Shown here: positions 59,758-64,000 of the stretch, in pieces | How the letters are laid out: each line of letters starts with the position of its first letter | Numbering within the stretch: position 1 is the first letter of the stretch | Origin: Chitinophagales bacterium | Lineage (GTDB): Bacteria; Bacteroidota; Bacteroidia; Chitinophagales; JAUHXS01 | Direction of reading: 5' to 3' | NCBI GenBank assembly: GCA_965213575.1 | Contig: CBDBZN010000037.1 | Location: 67,835 to 131,834 of the forward strand | Length of the DNA: 64,000 nucleotides | Notes under the pieces: generated by a model | Told to the model about the DNA's origin: nothing | Seen by the model: the letters and a program-made list of their open reading frames with translations, nothing else | Database searches by the model: none | Translations under genes and position numbers: made by a program

Positions 59758-59800
59758 GAAAAGCTTTAGCAGATGCTAAAGCTTTTCTTATTTTACCCGT
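59745..59800. terminator. 56-bp perfect palindrome (26-bp arms, 4-nt loop): bidirectional terminator between convergent genes
   Basis: acgggtaaaataagaaaagctttagc-agat-gctaaagcttttcttattttacccgt, read directly. The left arm includes the last codons and the stop of the DUF58 gene. Confidence 0.75.
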
Positions 59801-59813
59801 ATATGCTGATTAA

Positions 59814-60887
59814 CTAATTTTGTAATAAGAATTTTTTACTAGTTAATAATTTACTGTCAGCAACAATATTTACAATTATCATAGAGCCGAAATTTTGAGT
59901 TATCTCAACTTGATGATTAGTGTAATTATTATCTAAATTGGATTTATATACTTCTTGGCCTAACAAATTAGTGACAATCAAATTCAAATTTGAATAGTAA
60001 GGATTAGAATATTCTATGTTTAACATATCACCAATTAATGCAATGTTTTCAATAAATGGGATAGGATTGTCTATTCCTACTCCAAATACAGTTACTGAAT
60101 TACATACTTGATCATTAGAAGGATTGGCATCTGTTAGCCCGTATTGACTGGATAAAGCTGTTGCACAATACGTGTTATTTCCTGCAGTTACGGGAAATCC
60201 TTGGATAGTTAAAGGGCCTGTACTGGAGTTAGCCGGAATGAAGGAAAAAAGCTGCGTATTGCTACTCATAGTAATATTAGTAGTGGTACTATTTTCTGAT
60301 AGAGAAGCAATAGGTATTCCATTGATAACGTTAGGAATAGAATTATAAACTAAAAAATCCCCACTACTATTGTTTTGAATTTCAAATGTGAAATCACTAG
60401 AAGGAGCAGAAATCGACGAGCCTTCTGCAGGAACGGAGAAATTAATGACTGCCAAATCAGCTGCATAAATAGTTAGTCCTGATTTACAAAGCGTATCATT
60501 GCTTGAAATAGAGTCTATATCATTCTCAAGGGCTACACAAAGAGTTCTAGCTCCGGTTAAAGTGGTATAAATTATGTCAGCATATGGAATAGCATCACCA
60601 GATTCAAAAACCTCATTTTCTAATTCATCAATTTCTAGTGAAATATCTAAAAGCAGAGTATTAGTTATATCATCATAAATTGAGCCTCTAACAATATCTA
60701 GCATGTCTGACGTTATATCATCCCCTCTATTGACTATATCAAAGCTAATTATAAACCTGCCATTAACATTCGGATTTGTCGGTAGTTGAATGTTGGTAAT
60801 AGCTATATCAACACTATCTTGAGCAAATGCGCTTTGGAATATAAGTATGCAGGCAAATGCTGCAATAGTTGTGTAAAGTTTTTTCAT
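59814..60887 (-). CDS. T9SS-secreted protein (type A C-terminal sorting domain), function unknown
   Basis: 357 aa. Signal peptide ...FQSAFAQ. The C-terminus ...LNLIVTNLLGQEVYKSNL...MIIVNIVADSKLLTSKKFLLQN resembles the Por secretion tail. Confidence 0.7.
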   Translation of the reverse strand: MKKLYTTIAAFACILIFQSAFAQDSVDIAITNIQLPTNPNVNGRFIISFDIVNRGDDITSDMLDIVRGSIYDDITNTLLLDISLEIDELENEVFESGDAIPYADIIYTTLTGARTLCVALENDIDSISSNDTLCKSGLTIYAADLAVINFSVPAEGSSISAPSSDFTFEIQNNSSGDFLVYNSIPNVINGIPIASLSENSTTTNITMSSNTQLFSFIPANSSTGPLTIQGFPVTAGNNTYCATALSSQYGLTDANPSNDQVCNSVTVFGVGIDNPIPFIENIALIGDMLNIEYSNPYYSNLNLIVTNLLGQEVYKSNLDNNYTNHQVEITQNFGSMIIVNIVADSKLLTSKKFLLQN

Positions 60888-60944
60888 AAAAGTTGTTTTA
60901 AGTTAAAAATTAAGTAACACAATATACATAATTAATATCTATAA

Positions 60945-63731
60945 TTAATGTGCCTCCAGCCAATTTTTGCCAACTCCCATTTCTACTTCTACAGGTACTT
61001 TTAAACTTACTGCATTACGCATATTTTCTAATACTATTGATTTGACGGTTTCCAGTTCATCTTTATATACATCAAAAACTAATTCATCATGTACTTGCAA
61101 GATCATTTTAGATTTTAATTTAAGTTGTTGAAATTTTTGGTGGATGTTAATCATAGCTATTTTGATCATATCTGCAGCTGAGCCCTGGATAGGAGCATTA
61201 ATTGCATTTCTTTCAGCAAAACCTCTGACGGTAAAATTTTTAGAATTGATATCTCTTAAATATCGCCTTCTTCCTTTAATGGTCTCTACATAGCCATGTT
61301 TCCTTGCAAATGCTATGGTATTATCCATATACTCTTTAATCTTGGGATATGAAATAAAATATTGATCTATCAACTCTTTTGCTTCTGTTCTACTGACACC
61401 GATACGCTCAGAAAGCCCAAAAGCAGAGATGCCATAAATAATCCCGAAATTGACTGTTTTAGCATTTCTACGCATTTCTGCAGTAACTTCTTCGATCGAA
61501 ACTTTATTTACCTTTGCAGCTGTAGCCGTATGGATATCAATATTTTTGTTAAAAGCTTTGATCATTTCTTCATCTCCACTGATAGAGGCAATCAACCTCA
61601 ATTCTACCTGAGAATAATCTGCTGATACTAAAACATGATCTTTGTCTCTGGCAATAAATGCTTTTCTGATTTCTCTGCCTTTAGCAGTCCTGATAGGGAT
61701 ATTTTGTAAATTAGGTTTGTCAGAACTTAATCGCCCCGTGGCAGCTACCGCTTGCCCAAAAGTAGTATGTATCCTATTAGTATTTGGATTTACTTCTTTA
61801 GGTAGTGCATCTACATAAGTCGATTTTAGCTTGCTTAATTGTCTGTAATCAAGTATTTGCTGGATGACTTCATGTTGGCCTTGAAGTTTTTGAAGCGTTT
61901 CTTCATTGGTAGAGTATTGTCCGCTTTTAGTCTTCTTTCCTTTGTAGTCAATTTGCATCTTATCAAAAAGAATTTCACCAAGTTGCTTAGGAGAAGCTAT
62001 ATTAAACTTGCTGTCGCTCAACTTGTAAATGCTTCTTTCTATATTCTCGATCTCTTCTGCAAGCTCTTTAGAATAATTATTTAGAAAATCTACATCTACA
62101 TTCACCCCTTCAGCTTCAATATCAGTCAGTAGTTTTACCAATGGCATTTCAATTTTATAAAATACTTCTTCACCATTAACTTCCTTGAGCTGAGGCGCCA
62201 ATATTTCTTTAAGTTGAAAAGTTATATCAGCATCTTCCGCGGCATATTCTTTTACTTCCTCTACAGGAATATCTCTCATGTTTTTCTGATTTTTACCTTT
62301 TTTGCCGATTAATGTTTCTATCGAAACAGGAGAATAATTAAGATAATTTTCTGCTAAAATATTCATTCCATGACGCATTTCCGGTTCAATGATATAATGA
62401 GCAAGCATGGTATCAAAGATTTCACCATGTATGCTGATTCCATATTTTTTAAGAATAAGCGCATCATATTTAATATTTTGTCCGATTTTTAAGATATTTT
62501 GATTTTCAAATAAACCTTTAAACTCAGTTATTATATTTTGAGCTTCTTTTTGACCTTTGGGGATAGGAATATAATAAGCTTCGTGAGGTTTAAATGATAT
62601 AGACAAGCCTACTAATTCAGCTACATTGGTATTTAAGCTGGTAGTTTCTGTATCAAAGCAGAAAGAATTTTGTTTGTTAAGAGCTTTAATTAATTCTTGC
62701 CTTTTTTCTTTTGTATCTATAAGATGATATTGATGCTCGGTATTTTCAATGTTTTTTCCTTCTTTAATGGTAATGGTTTCCTCTACATTGCCGGCAAAAA
62801 GATCCATTTGTCCATTGGTTGTAGCCGTTACTTTATATTCCTCTCCCAAAACTCTTTTTCCTAAGTTTCTAAATTCCAGTTCGGCAAATAGAGCAGTAAG
62901 TTTTTCTTTATGTACCTCTTCTTTTATTAATGATTTCTCATCAAAATCAATGGGTACATCCAATATAATTGTTGCCAATTTTTTTGACAAAATAGCTTGT
63001 TCTTTATTTTGTTCGACCCTTTCTTTGAGTTTGCCTTTTAAATTTTCAGTGTTATTAATTAAGTTTTCGATTGTATCATATTCTTCGATCAGTTTTTGAG
63101 CAGTTTTGGGTCCTATACCGGGTATTCCGGGGATATTGTCAACTGCATCACCTTGCAGGCCTAGCATATCTATCACCTGGTCAATCCGTTTGATGCCCCA
63201 CTTATTTAATATCTCTTTTACTCCATATATTTCGATCGGCCTTCCTTGATAAGAAGGTTTATACATATAGATCCTTTCTGACACCAATTGTCCGTAATCT
63301 TTATCCGGGGTAACCATATACACGGTATAGCCTGCATTATCTGCTTTTTTTGCAAGTGTACCAATAATATCATCTGCTTCATAGCCGTCCAGTTCTATGA
63401 CGGGAATATTAAAGCCCTTAATTACTTCTTTTATATAGGGAATAGATTGAAGAATATCTTCCGGAGTATCCTGTCTATTTGCTTTATAATCAGTATAGTC
63501 AGCGGTACGTGAGGTAGGGGCGAATGTATCAAAAGCAACAGCAATATGGGTAGGACTTTCTTTTTCAATCAAATCAATTAGAGTAAGGGTAAAGCCAAAC
63601 ACTGCTGAAGTATTCATACCTTTAGAATTGATTAATCCTGATCCGGTGTTTTTACTGCTATTAAAAGCGTAATATGCTCTGTAAATTAATGCCATTGCAT
63701 CTAACAGAAACAACCGTTTATCATTTTTCAT
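60945..63731 (-). CDS. polA: DNA polymerase I
   Basis: 928 aa. 5'-nuclease N-domain (LFLLDAMALIYRAYYA), a 3'-5' exo-like region, and polymerase motifs DYSQVELR, RRNAKTVNFGIIYG and QVHDELVF. Confidence 0.95.
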   Translation of the reverse strand: MKNDKRLFLLDAMALIYRAYYAFNSSKNTGSGLINSKGMNTSAVFGFTLTLIDLIEKESPTHIAVAFDTFAPTSRTADYTDYKANRQDTPEDILQSIPYIKEVIKGFNIPVIELDGYEADDIIGTLAKKADNAGYTVYMVTPDKDYGQLVSERIYMYKPSYQGRPIEIYGVKEILNKWGIKRIDQVIDMLGLQGDAVDNIPGIPGIGPKTAQKLIEEYDTIENLINNTENLKGKLKERVEQNKEQAILSKKLATIILDVPIDFDEKSLIKEEVHKEKLTALFAELEFRNLGKRVLGEEYKVTATTNGQMDLFAGNVEETITIKEGKNIENTEHQYHLIDTKEKRQELIKALNKQNSFCFDTETTSLNTNVAELVGLSISFKPHEAYYIPIPKGQKEAQNIITEFKGLFENQNILKIGQNIKYDALILKKYGISIHGEIFDTMLAHYIIEPEMRHGMNILAENYLNYSPVSIETLIGKKGKNQKNMRDIPVEEVKEYAAEDADITFQLKEILAPQLKEVNGEEVFYKIEMPLVKLLTDIEAEGVNVDVDFLNNYSKELAEEIENIERSIYKLSDSKFNIASPKQLGEILFDKMQIDYKGKKTKSGQYSTNEETLQKLQGQHEVIQQILDYRQLSKLKSTYVDALPKEVNPNTNRIHTTFGQAVAATGRLSSDKPNLQNIPIRTAKGREIRKAFIARDKDHVLVSADYSQVELRLIASISGDEEMIKAFNKNIDIHTATAAKVNKVSIEEVTAEMRRNAKTVNFGIIYGISAFGLSERIGVSRTEAKELIDQYFISYPKIKEYMDNTIAFARKHGYVETIKGRRRYLRDINSKNFTVRGFAERNAINAPIQGSAADMIKIAMINIHQKFQQLKLKSKMILQVHDELVFDVYKDELETVKSIVLENMRNAVSLKVPVEVEMGVGKNWLEAH

Positions 63732-63770
63732 AGGAATGTTGATTTATAACTTTAGACTAAGTTATAAAAG

Positions 63771-63778
63771 CAAATATA
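63771..63778 (-). promoter_or_regulatory. -7 promoter box TAtaTTTG for polA
   Basis: The reverse complement of caaatata is tatatttg. It ends 39 nt upstream of the polA ATG (63731). Confidence 0.45.
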
Positions 63779-64000
63779 ATTTTTATACTAATGATGATCT
63801 TAAAGGGAGATTATTAACGGAACTTGCTATTAACAAATCGAATAACCTTCGATATGATATTTATTTTGGATTTTCCATAGGCAAATGGTTGTTGAACTAC
63901 CATCGGAGGCATAGGCCGATTAATTTTTTGCTGAGTATGTATAATAGGTAATGATTGATGCCTATCACCAGGCTTAGAATTATCTTTTTGATTGTTTATA

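Noticed and set aside
63736-63951. 71-aa ORF upstream of polA.
   Set aside because: The composition is AT-rich and non-coding-like, there is no motif, and the ORF overlaps the predicted polA promoter region.

Overview
AT-rich chromosomal segment from a Bacteroidota bacterium. Supporting evidence: type A and type B T9SS C-terminal sorting domains, a PorP/SprF gene, TAnnTTTG -7 promoter boxes and very short leaders. I support about 50 protein genes and found no rRNA, tRNA or CRISPR array. The housekeeping backbone is ybeY, tadA, sodA, slyD, ribE, typA, xerD, aroQ, rpe, uvrA, polA, prolyl oligopeptidase, an MsbA-like ABC exporter, an SDR, a GT2 glycosyltransferase, a TonB-dependent receptor, DUF58, a bestrophin-like channel and a COG1373-type ATPase. 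Parts worth a second look: (1) 0.2-11.9 kb holds a tail-fibre-like surface protein. It is followed by a tandem array of tightly coupled two-gene modules (small predicted outer-membrane beta-barrel + T9SS-secreted protein). Each full module ends in an orphan copy of the fibre C-terminal module, and the array also carries truncation and fusion scars and a second barrel-only paralog array. This is my best candidate for an undescribed system. (2) 21.0-32.6 kb (minus strand) is a five-gene head-to-tail operon: giant SBBP/type-B-CTD adhesin, PorP/SprF, PD40+PKD protein, unknown protein, and a membrane propeller-sensor fused to a PP2C (SpoIIE) phosphatase. The adhesin contains 10 tandem 279-nt units, six of them nearly identical. 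(3) A RAYT (IS200-like Y1 transposase) is flanked by three REP-type palindromes centred on GGGTTTAAACCC. (4) A decaying toxin-antitoxin pair has an intact antitoxin and a ParE/RelE-like toxin with two in-frame stops. (5) Two frameshifts lie at homopolymers (solute-binding protein, DinB-like protein). (6) A divergent promoter carries three exact 10-mers phased at 32 bp. (7) Long perfect palindromes act as likely bidirectional terminators, and recurrent intergenic word elements occur at gene ends. All functional calls come from reading motifs by eye. No database search, HMM or structure prediction was possible.
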